A DNA stretch of 64,000 nt from Heptranchias perlo (taxonomy: Eukaryota). The translations under genes were made by a program, and so were the position numbers. Each line of letters begins with the position of its first letter. The stretch's first letter is position 1. The notes under the pieces were generated by a model, which saw only the letters and a list, made by a program, of their open reading frames with translations, ran no database searches and was not told the DNA's origin. Location of the stretch: contig NC_090352.1 of NCBI RefSeq assembly GCF_035084215.1, forward strand, positions 26,412,001 through 26,476,000, read 5' to 3'. Of this stretch, positions 37,548 to 48,011 are shown in pieces.

Positions 37548-37610
37548 CCAATAAAAGGCGTTGCAGACTGAGCTCTGCTGCCTACTGGTCCCTGTTTCCG
37601 GTTTCCGGTT
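37548..37610 (+). promoter_or_regulatory. Candidate BLMH core promoter: CCAAT box and tandem ETS/GABP sites
   Basis: CCAAT at 37548-37552 and TTCCGGtTTCCGG at 37596-37608, about 120-180 nt upstream of the ATG; typical of housekeeping promoters. Confidence 0.55.
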
Positions 37611-37726
37611 GTTCTTTTAAGACGCTGCAGCCGTAGTGATTCCAGGCTGAATCCTTAAAGTTGCAGAAATTAGTCTCTCTTGAAGAAGGGAACTTTTTTT
37701 TTTCGTTTTGTTTCTCTTATCACAGA

Positions 37727-37736
37727 ATGGCAGCGG
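37727..37736 (+). CDS. BLMH: BLMH first coding exon (MAA-G)
   Basis: ATG GCA GCG G|gtaaga; phase 1 fits exon 2, and BLMH has a very short first coding segment. Confidence 0.7.
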
Positions 37737-38210
37737 GTAAGAACCTTATCCCCCCCCCCCTTCTCTTTCCCCCTCTCTCCAGCCTCCCTGTGTTAGAGAT
37801 TGTGCTGTTAGTACCTGAGCCATCCTTTTGTGGCACTTGCCTTCCAATGCAGTAGCCTCTGTGCAAAAACAAAAATCTGCTGTGTTAATGGTAGTGAGTG
37901 CTGATTTGTCTCGCCCAGTTTCACATTGAGTGAACGTGTGGCTTAGCTATAAACAGAGTTTGTGCAGAGCTCAGTGAATGCTGAGTCAGAGTTAAGGCCT
38001 GCATTCAGCAAGCATATCAATATGAGTACAGGGATTCAAGATTTTGTACTGAATTCCCAATTAATGCCAAAGCACTGTTTCCTCTTAAAGCAACACTGCT
38101 CATATTTTGTAATGTTCTTTTGTATGTAGGCAGCGTTGTTAAACCTCCAAGGAATAGGAATTGAAAATAAGTTAAACAAAGAAAAGGGGACTAAACACCT
38201 TTTTAATGCT

Positions 38211-38396
38211 ATGATGTGGAGATGCTGGTGATGGACTGGGGTGGGCAAATGTAAGGAGTCTTACAACACCAGGTTATAGGCCAACAGCTTTATTTGAAAT
38301 CACAAGCTTTCAGAGGTGACGAAGGAGAAAGCCTCCGAAAGCTTGTGATTTCAAATAAAGCTGTTGGACTACAACCTGGTGTTGTAAGACTCCTTA
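38211..38396. mobile_element. Palindromic Penelope-like insertion with 12-bp TSD
   Basis: Inverted arms of about 60 bp (38251-38311 and 38337-38397); flanked by ctttttaatgct. Confidence 0.8.
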
Positions 38397-39561
38397 CTTT
38401 TTAATGCTGGATAGTGTTCCTTTAGATTGCCTGTCTGCAAGATTTGTATTGCCAGTCACCATATGCCTTAGAAATTAAGTGGGATACAAGTTGAAAACTG
38501 TTCTGATGTGATGTCTGGGTAGAATGCAGGAGTGAGGAGTATTCTCTTCAATTTAGCTTTCTACGTAGTACATCTAATTTCTCTGCTGAAGGGATTGATA
38601 ATGTTTGTAGATAATGGGCTGGATTTTGTTGTAACAGTAATGGTGAGGCTAACAATGCCCACCTTTTATTTATGTGCCTATCGGAAAGCAACTTCCAGCG
38701 ACCGCCGTATGCATTTAACGTGGAGATCCAGAAGTTGCTGGCCGAGATGTCCTGCGCCAGAAACTGCACGAAAATGGAGTCTTGTTGTCTGACTCACCAT
38801 TCAAATGTATTAAATGGTGTGAAGTTCCTGTACTTACCTCATAGATATGGACTAAACTCGCCAAAAAATGTTAGGGCTTGTCCATTCCAGTGTAAGTACC
38901 CTTTTAAAGGTGTGGTAAGTCTTAATTACTATCAAACAACTCTGGCACTGATAATTAACTTTTACAAGTGTGGAGTCTCATTCCTTCAGCTTTTAATTAT
39001 TGTTGGACATTTAAAAAAAAAATTAAATTAAACTTTTTCTTTCTGTCTCTTAATCCAGTGACTGTTCGCTGCTCACAGCAAAATACGACCTTGCAATACT
39101 AGCAAATATGATTCTAGCTTGCTTACATTCTTAATTACTCTATTCCTTGCATAACCTTTGTAACTAGTTTGATATAGATGTCATTTATTAATAATTATAG
39201 TTAACACTGGCTTCAGTGTCTCAACATTTCACACAATGAATTACTTTTAAAAGTGAAGTGACTGTTACGTTTTATATATTCTTCATTTATTGCTAGGTCT
39301 CTTGAGTTACTGCTGGGCCTGAGCGTCAGGCGATGTTTCACATCAAGTGATTCCGTGTTCTTCCCTTTTGCTTGATGTCTACGTTAAAATCTTTAAGAAT
39401 TCTTATTTTAGGATTAAATCTGATAACAATGCTCCCCCCGCCCCCCCAAACTAAGATTAATTCCATAATACGGGCTAAACCCAGTAAAAGCCGGGAATGA
39501 CTAGTTCAGTGTGCTGCAGTTCTGGTGTGATAAATGCTCTGTTTGGTATATGAAACACATT

Positions 39562-40367
39562 GGCCAGGATTTTGACTCGGAGCTGGGGAGGGGGCGGGGC
39601 GGGGGGGGGGGTCGGATCGCGGAGGGGAAACCTGGAAGTTTGGGTTTCCTGGATGTCCTTACCATTTTGATGTAAGGACTTTTCTTGTTTTGTTTGTTTC
39701 CCGTCCGACAGACCGGCCTGATTGACTGGCTGGTCTCGGTCGGATGGGAGCAGAGCAAGGACGAGGACGTGAAAAGGTAAGTTTTAGATTGTATGGATGG
39801 GGTATGGGGGCACTGGGGAGGGGGGTATCGATGGGCATGGGGGTCATGGGGTGGGGGGGGGAGGAGATTGGAATGTCATGGTGGGGGGGGGGGGTGGGAT
39901 CGGGTGTCAGTCACGGAGGTCCCTGTTTCGGGATCGCGGGTCATCGCAGTGGTCTGCGATTGTTGGTGGTTGGGGGGGGCGGGGGCGTGTGTCTGCAGGT
40001 AGGCTTGTTGGGCCTGGGGGAAGCAGTCCTGCTCCCCCGGGCCCACAAGCTGTACCAGAAAGGCACTTGCCTGCAGTATCGGGCCTTCTTGCCTCCTCTC
40101 ACGTGGCATGAAGGAGAAGGCCCGGGAATCCCGTCCCCAGGGGTTGCAATCGCGAAATCTTTCAAAATGGAAGCCCGCAGCCTCCTTGAAAGGTTTTAGT
40201 GACCAATCGGCCCCCTGGGAGCGGGTTGGTTGTTCGCCTCTCGCCCCTCGTCCCGCCCCAGTGAAAACCAGAAATGGGCGGGTTGGTGGCGGGTCTGAAA
40301 TTGTTGGAATTTTCAATGCCCCACCCCCGCCCTAACCCACCCGTTTTTGACAGTTAAAATCCTGCCC
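39562..40367. mobile_element. GC-rich MITE with about 15-bp TIRs (possibly Harbinger-type)
   Basis: ggccaggattttgac ... gttaaaatcctgccc (13/15 inverted match); no credible ORF. Confidence 0.65.
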
Positions 40368-41294
40368 ATCGCCTCTCTGTAGCAGTCGACAGCAGACGTC
40401 TAGAGTATACATACCTTCAGTTGCCTGTGTTGTGTGCTGACAGAAGAATGATGTTTCATCGGGGGAGGAGGCACTGAGGATGTGGCTAATGATGCACAGC
40501 AACAATTTTATACTTTACAGGGGTAATTTTGCAAGGCTCTGCTCCTGGTGAGGAGCCCTGCTGGGTGAGAGTGTGGGCCCAAGATAAGGTTATAGGGCTG
40601 ATTCTGCAACCCTATGCTGCCATCTAGCTAGGCTGCAAACTTAGTAAAATTGTCCCCTATACTTTGTGACTTCAGTTGTGTTTATTTACTTGAAGTGTGT
40701 TATTTGTTCATTCCAAACTCTTTCGCTGGTTTAAACCCAAAGTTTTCTGATTGTAAACATTTCTGTTTTATTTGCTGTCCCCCAAAAAAACATGATACCA
40801 CCCATTTTTTTTCATTGTAATCTGGATTCAGGCAAAAGATAAAACCAGAAAATCAGAAGGCTGAGTTATGTTGCATTTATGAATTAGGTGGGAGCTAGAA
40901 TTGACATAAATGAGCTCAACCAGGGTAGAGCTTTGCCTCCCAGAGGCACAGAATGAGAATTTTGACATAGATGGAAAATCCTGCTATGTCTATTGATCTC
41001 CTTATCCAAACTTCCCAATATGCATTCCTGGTGGGCGTAAGTCTGCGCTAGAAGTTTAAAATGACCCTAGCATGATATAAACATCCTAACCAGTAATTCT
41101 GATTTGCCTTATTCAAGGACAGTTCAAAATCACTGCTTGTGCAGTTTTAGTATCACTTTCATAATGTGCTGGCCAGAATTAGGTAACAGAATATAATCTG
41201 ATAAACCTGATGCTTATTAACTAGTGTCGGAAAGAACCTGATATAATTGTCTGCAAAACATAAAATTGGCTCTTACCTCTGGTTACTGATATAG

Positions 41295-41492
41295 GTTTTT
41301 GTCCAGAAAAGGCTGCTGCTTTCACCAAGAACTTCAAGGCTGTGCCACATTACAACTTTGCCCAGAATGTAGCAACCAGCGGTGACCTTCTACAAGCTTA
41401 CCTCCAGAGGCAGGTTGTTCAGGAAACGTCGCAAGTATTCAAGCATGCCATCCCTGCAGAAGGAAAGCCAGTTACAAACCAGAAAAGTACAG
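41295..41492 (+). CDS. BLMH: Bleomycin hydrolase exon 2
   Basis: atag|GT...ACA G|gtaata, 198 nt. Ends ...FAQNVATS...FKHAIPAEGKPVTNQKST (includes the oxyanion-hole Gln). Confidence 0.95.
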
Positions 41493-43124
41493 GTAATAGT
41501 CCTGCAATTAACTATTCTGAAATAGTCAACATTGTGACCCCAGCACTTAGTTTGGAACACTTCGTATTATTGCAAATAGGTGCCTAATTATAGTAGAGAT
41601 TTGATATTTGCCGTTAGTATGTCCTGCATCACACTAGGTGGTATATAATACCCCATTTATACTACAGAAGTCCTTTCTGCAATATTTATTGGCTTCCTGA
41701 TCCTCTGAATTCATCTGGTTTACTATGTGGGAAAGAATTCCAAGGTCACGATTGTGACTTTAGTTTGATGGACTCAGACTTTCCCCAGTTATTAGCAGAA
41801 AATGTTTACAGGCTTGTAACAAAACAAACTGCAGCCTTGGTTTGTATGGGTGCGCTGAGAGAAAAGATTATACCCCACGGTGTCTAGTGTTGTCAAAGGC
41901 AGCTGATTCATGTTTGCCAACAGCACCTGATGAGGTTGTTCTTTGCTGCTCTGTGGCATTAGCACTGCCTCATTTATATTACAGCAAAGCTGCTAACTGC
42001 AATATAAATGATGCATAACGGGTTATGTAAACCAGCATAGTATTAATATTCTAGTTACTGCATTGCCTACTTGGGCACTTCACCCATTTTATAGTGAAAA
42101 TTGGTTGAAACAACCAAAATTAATTGAGTTCTCGGTTCTTTCAGGCATCGATCCTGGCCCCCTAGAGTGTGTACAGAAAACGGGATTTCCTGAGAGAGTT
42201 CTAAGACTAACCTTGTCTTTGGGTTTAGAGGTTAAAGCATGAAACCAAATCTTGAATGATTTGACAAGATTTGTTTAATGCCTGTGATTTTTAAAAATTC
42301 AATACTAGTAGATCTCCTATGGTATTGGTCACGAGTAGTCTGGCACCTGGGTGACATGACTTTTTAATGTTTACCACAGCCTAAACCGAACAGCAGTTTG
42401 GCCATCCAAGTACAGTTAACCTACTGAAGCAGTGTATCACATCAATGGCAAAAAGTAAAAACATAACACACCTTATTAATAACGAGACTTACAAATATAT
42501 TTGTAATACTGTTTATTTACCACCTTATGAAACTTGCTTAAAATGCAAGTAACTTTGTTCATCCCTTTCCAGACCTCCTCTTGTTATTTGCACTGTAAAA
42601 TATATTTGCTTAAGATGCACGGTACTTCTTCAAGTCTCCAGTGACCAGAGCCTTGAACAATTTGTCATTTACTATTGTTCAGGCCTAGCAGGCTGATTTT
42701 TGCCTCCAATGTTTAAGATGGGTATCAAGGTGCCTTGTAAATATCTTTCTAGCCTCAGTCGCAATCATCGGTCCCCCTAAAAATCTAATTGTAAACAACG
42801 CAGTTAGCAGGGAATTTTTATTTAATGTCTTAAACTATATCAAACGGTTGCCCTTTTTTTCCCCCCCTCTACTCAGAAAATATATCCGTCCAGAGCAACT
42901 GGAATTCCCCAGCATGAAAGGCCCAAGTGAAATTTTCAGGTCAAGCCCAGGCAGAAGGGCAGGCTGCAAACTTGTTGCAGGCATTTCTGAATGACCAATA
43001 AAATGGTTATGTTCCATAATTAATCTCTCCCCTACACCACCAGAACCGGGTAATATGTGTTTAGTTAGTTAGTGAATGTATGAGCCAATCAGCATCACTG
43101 TTTTTTGCTCTCTAGATGTGCAGT

Positions 43125-43635
43125 ATTTCTGTGGTGCAATGCTGCAGGCATTGTATGGATATAAAAACAGTGGAGAAGGTGCAGTGTAGAATTTGTAGGA
43201 TGTTACTTGGGATGAGGGATACATTTATGAAGAGAGATGGGAAATTGGGGCTCTTTTTTACTGGAGTTCAGAAGGTTGAGAAGGAGAAAGTTGAAGGGTG
43301 TTCAAGATTATAAAGGGTTATGTTATGGTAAATAACGGAAGATTATTTACACTAGTCAACGAGATAATAACAAAAGGGCAGAACTTTTAGATAATCACAG
43401 AAGAACTAAAGGGGAGTTTGGAAAAAATCAGCAGGTGATTAGAACGTGGAATACTCTGCCACAAATTATTGCTGAAGCAGAGTCCACTGGTATTTTTGAA
43501 AGAGAATTGAAAGGAATATTCAAGGCCATGGGGATAAATGGGATGACAGTGACAACATTGGGATGAGACTAGGTGGCTCATGTGGAGGAAAACACTTAAT
43601 GGGCCATATAGCCTGTTTCTGTGCTGTAATGTTCT
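43125..43635 (+). mobile_element. Decayed CR1 3' fragment
   Basis: DIKTVEKVQCR...GKLGLF remnants. Confidence 0.6.
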
Positions 43636-44064
43636 GGGTACACTTTTCATTAGGGTCAATACATAGTGACATCAAGTAAGACCCCTTGGTGGTGTCCTTC
43701 CCCACTTCCTATCCTGTGGTAATGGGACAATTTTAGCTCTATTATTGCTGGTTGAGAGCAGCACAGAACTTAACACAGTCTAATGGTCAAACTTGGACCT
43801 ACCTGATTATTTGGATCAGTACCATATTAGGCAGTATATTTAGCTTTGGGAGGAGAGAGCAAGCTGGAAAGTAGCCCAGTGCACTGGCTAAGCTATCCCT
43901 CACAGCAGCTGCCTCTGCTGCCTGTTAGCACAATATTTTCCTAACTGCTCTTCGTCTGGGCCCAAAACTGATGGATGCCAATATTCTTGTGATTAAAATG
44001 CAATTCTCCACTCCACGAGACACTGATTATTCGTATTAACTTTGCATACATAAAATATTTTCAG

Positions 44065-44174
44065 GGCGGTGTTGGATTTTCTCCTGCCTAAATGTGATAC
44101 GTCTTCCATTGATGAAGAAATTTAATATTGAAGAATTTGAGTTCAGCCAATCCTACCTGTTCTTCTGGGATAAG
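44065..44174 (+). CDS. BLMH: Bleomycin hydrolase exon 3 (catalytic Cys)
   Basis: 110 nt, AG/GT flanks. Translates GRCWIFSCLNVIRLPLMKKFNIEEFEFSQSYLFFWDK, the peptidase C1B active-site signature. Confidence 0.97.
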
Positions 44175-44721
44175 GTACTATAAAAACATTTGTGCGTCTC
44201 TAAAAATGTACCATTGCTTTTTGTGAAAGGTCTTAAAAAGGGGCAGTATAATTTGGTTAAAAGTCTGGAGTGTAACGTTGTATTGTTTACATGCCAGAAT
44301 ACCTTGAGAATCAGTATACAGTAACCAGTAAGATGTGACTGAGATATCGTGAAGCTCTCTGACCTCTAGTGTTTGATTTTTGAAGTATCTATTTAATGTA
44401 AAATCTTGCAAGTTTTTTTTAGACTTTAGACAAAATAAGTAGAACAATGATACAGAAGGTTGCAGCATAAATGACAGTGATATTGAAGACATTAAGAATG
44501 CAATTTACGTTAAATGTTGATTTTATGGTATACATATTTTTTGAAGTCTCGCATATAATTTGTAACTCTCCTAACCCATTCTGATAGCTCTGTGGTAGTC
44601 AATTTGATGCATTTTTCTTTGATTCTCTTAAGGGTTTGAGTTACTTTTCATTGAATTATGCATGTATTTTATTAATGTGCATTTATGACTCTGCTTTTCA
44701 ATTTTTGTTTGGGGAGCAAAT

Positions 44722-44800
44722 CTCCTGCAAATATTCACACTCTTGCAGAGCTCCTGCTAATACTCGCACTCTTGGGAGAATCCCTTGCAAATATTCAGAT
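44722..44800. repeat. Imperfect tandem repeat of about 29 bp, x2.5
   Basis: ctcctgcaaatattcacactcttgcagag / ctcctgctaatactcgcactcttgggaga / ...ttgcaaatattcag. Confidence 0.6.
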
Positions 44801-45051
44801 ACCTGTTCTAATTTCTGAGTGGTACCAGACAGCCAAAGGAAAACAGTGCAGTGACTGGGGAACACCTTTTCTTCATCAGTGTACAGCAACAGAAGTAGCA
44901 TACAAGTACATAAAATAAAGGGAATGCTCAAGACACTGTACCTGTCGTGACGTTGTGGGCCCTCTAAGATTCACAAAGCCTTGTATGAAAACCTGTGATA
45001 TTCAGGCATCACACTACTTTTGAACATATGTAAATATTTTCCTTTTCTCAG

Positions 45052-45205
45052 ATTGAGCGTTGCTACTACCACTTGAGTGCATATATTGAGGTTGCTCAGA
45101 GAACAGGCAAAGAAGAAGAACCCTTTGATGGTAGACTTTCACAGTTTCTGCTAGCAAACCCCACAAATGATGGGGGACAGTGGGATATGCTTGTCAACCT
45201 CATTG
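45052..45205 (+). CDS. BLMH: Bleomycin hydrolase exon 4
   Basis: 154 nt, AG/GT flanks. Translates IERCYYHLSAYIEVAQRTGKEEEPFDGRLSQFLLANPTNDGGQWDMLVNLI. Confidence 0.96.
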
Positions 45206-46586
45206 GTAAGAACTCTTTTGTTTTCAAATAAAATTAGAAATAATTATTATCCAGTCATATGTTTCCTTTGTAGAGCAAATAGTAAAAGTTGGAGAGGGCA
45301 GGATTATTCTCTCTCACATTTTTGTATTTCCATTCCACTGGCCCCGCCTCTTCATTACTCTATTTGCCAAAGCCTTCATGTGCGGTCTGGGTTAAACAGT
45401 GGACTGTCTTATAGAATGTAAAGGTGGCTGACATGTCATGAGCTGTCCTGTGTAGGTCCTGTCACCCATGTGGAAAGCAAATGTCTGTTGTACAGCTAAT
45501 ACGGAAACACTGTGGCTTGCCATGACAGCTGCTGGTATTGGAGGCTTGATACGAGACGACATGTTCATATCTCTAAAGTTCAGGGCCTACCAGGATTGGG
45601 TTGCAGGAAGGCCGAATGGTTGCTGATGAAGCTCTGCACCTCCTACTGGTGACGGTCTGTTTGATCGGGTAATGATATGTGTCCATACTGTGGCAATGCA
45701 CTTGCACATTTTACAGTTGTGCTGTTCACTGTGCCATTCCTTGGTATCTTGCTTTTCATTTAATGGGGACTCGAGCCTGGGCTTGTCAGCTGTTTAATAA
45801 TAATCCTTCTGTGTTTAGTGGGGGAAGGTCCCTTTCGGGATCAGGTTGACTTCAAGGTGAAACACCTGGTGAGACGCCACAGTGGAACAGCCTGCCAAAT
45901 CTGTTGAAGTTCACATCTGAATCACGGTCATTTAGGTTACTTACTCAAGGATGTCTGACCCTGATGGAATTGTACAGTAGCAAAGCCAACAGCTTCATGG
46001 TGAGGAGAGGAGAAGGTTAATGAAAAGACAAAAAACAAAACAATACTTTGTTTTCATATAAAAACAAAAGAAAGTACAAACTAAGCTTATTAAAAAAATA
46101 TTGGACCGTGTTTTAGAAGATGGCACCTGTGAGCTTGCATTGAGAAGTCAAATGTCTAAGTATTCATGACCATAGATGGGTGGTTGGATGAAAAACATTT
46201 ATGTACAATGCAAAATTCTGAATAGAGAGATTCTAGGCAGCACAGTGGGTTAGAAGCCTGCCCTTGCGCTCCTGATACCTGTCAGGAGACAGCCTGGACA
46301 TGTGGAACTGAAGAGCCCTCTCTACTGGCCTTGGAGGTTCTACTTTAAATGGGGTTGGAGCAAACACAGCCCAGTTCTTACGAGACAGCTGAAAACTCCT
46401 GCATTGTGGTGCTGTTGGATAGTCTCATTCAGAAAGCCATAAGGATGGCTCGTGCAGGAGGTAGAATAATGCTCCAGGGAGGAGCACTGCTCTGAAATAG
46501 AAGGGGCGGGGTAGGGGGGAGGGGGGGGGAGAACAAGAGAGAGAAAAAAAAGGGATGATTACTTTAAATCTACCCTGTGCTATTGG

Positions 46587-47432
46587 TGTGGAGATGCTGG
46601 TGATGGACTGGGGTGGACAAATGTAAGGAATCTTACAACACCAGGTTATAGTCCAACAGTTTTATTTGAAAATCACAAGCTTTCGGAGGCTTTCTCCTTC
46701 GTCAGGTGAGTGTGGGATTCCATGAAAGGTACCGCATATATAGTCAGAGAACAATGCCTGGTGATTAAAGATAATCTTTCCAACTGCCCGTTATCAAGGC
46801 AATCAAAGGAGTTGAATAGTGTTCAGACAGAGAGACATTACATACAAGACTACTGAATATACAAACGGTCAGAACCCAAAGACAGAGAGAGAGAAACATC
46901 CGAAAGGAAGAGAAAGAGAGAGAATGACCAGTTGTATTAAAAACAGATTACTCTTTTTTTTTCGCTGGTGGGGTTACGTGTAGCATGACATGAACCCAAG
47001 ATCCTGGTTCAGGCCGTCCTCATGAGTCTGCACCCATGAGGACGGCCTCAACCGGGATCCTGGGTTCATGTCACGCTACACGTAACCCCACCAGCGAAAA
47101 AGAGTTATCTGTTTTTAATATAACTGGTCATTCTCTCTTTCTCTTCCTTTTGGATGTTTCTCTCTCTCTGTCTTTGGGTTCTGACCGTTTGTATATTCAG
47201 TAGTCTTGTATGTAATGTCTCTCTGTCTGAACACTATTCAACTCCTTTGATTGCCTTGATAACGGGCAGTTGGAAAGATTATCTGTAATCATCAGGCATT
47301 GTTCTCTGACTATATATGCGGTACCTTTCATTGAATCCCACACTCACCTGACGAAGGAGAAAGCCTCTGAGAGCTTGTGATTTTCAAATAAAACTGTTGG
47401 ACTATAACCTGGTGTTGTAAGATTCCTTACAT
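46587..47432. mobile_element. Fold-back (inverted) Penelope-like element end with 12-bp TSD
   Basis: Arms 46621-47024 and 47035-47432; TSD ctgtgctattgg; the right arm encodes the PLE GIY-YIG C-terminal-type peptide THEDGLNRDPGFMSRYT then stop. Confidence 0.88.
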
Positions 47433-47509
47433 CTGTGCTATTGGAAGTATTTGCTGCAGACATTAGGTGTACTAGATGGAAAAGTATTTACCAGTTTAAA
47501 ATAAATCTC

Positions 47510-48011
47510 AAAGCAAATATAAATGGATATTGAGGGATAAAAAGCCCATGGGAAAAGTGATCCATCCGTAGCTAACTCAAGAAGTTAAGGATAGTATTAG
47601 ATTAAAAGAAGAGGCGTATAATGTTGCCAAGAAGAGTAGTACGCCTGAGGATTGGGAGAGTTTTAGAAACCAGCAAAGGATGACCAAAAAATTAATGAAG
47701 AGGGAGAAAATAGAATATCAGAGTAAACTAGCAAGAAATATAAGAACATATTGTAAGAGCTTCTACATGTAAAAGGGAAGAGACCAGGGAAAGTAAATGT
47801 GGGACCCTTTAGAGGCTGAGACAGGACAAATTATAATGGGGAATAAGGAAATGGCAGAGATGTTAAACAAATATTGTTTGACTTGGATGAAGGGACCAAG
47901 TGTAATGTATCCAAGTTTGCTGATGATACAAAGCTAGGTGGGAAAATAAGCTGTGAGGAGGACACAGAGTCTGCAAAGGGACATAGACAGGTTAAGTGAG
48001 AGGGCAAGTAA
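47510..48011 (+). mobile_element. Internally deleted CR1 ORF2 fragment
   Basis: DSIRLKEEAYNVAKKS...SKLARNI joined directly to [18 protein letters not shown]. Confidence 0.8.

Noticed and set aside
39562-40367. GC/CpG-rich island with several overlapping Gly/Pro-rich ORFs
   Set aside because: Bounded by TIRs and low in complexity; it is a MITE, not a gene or the BLMH promoter.
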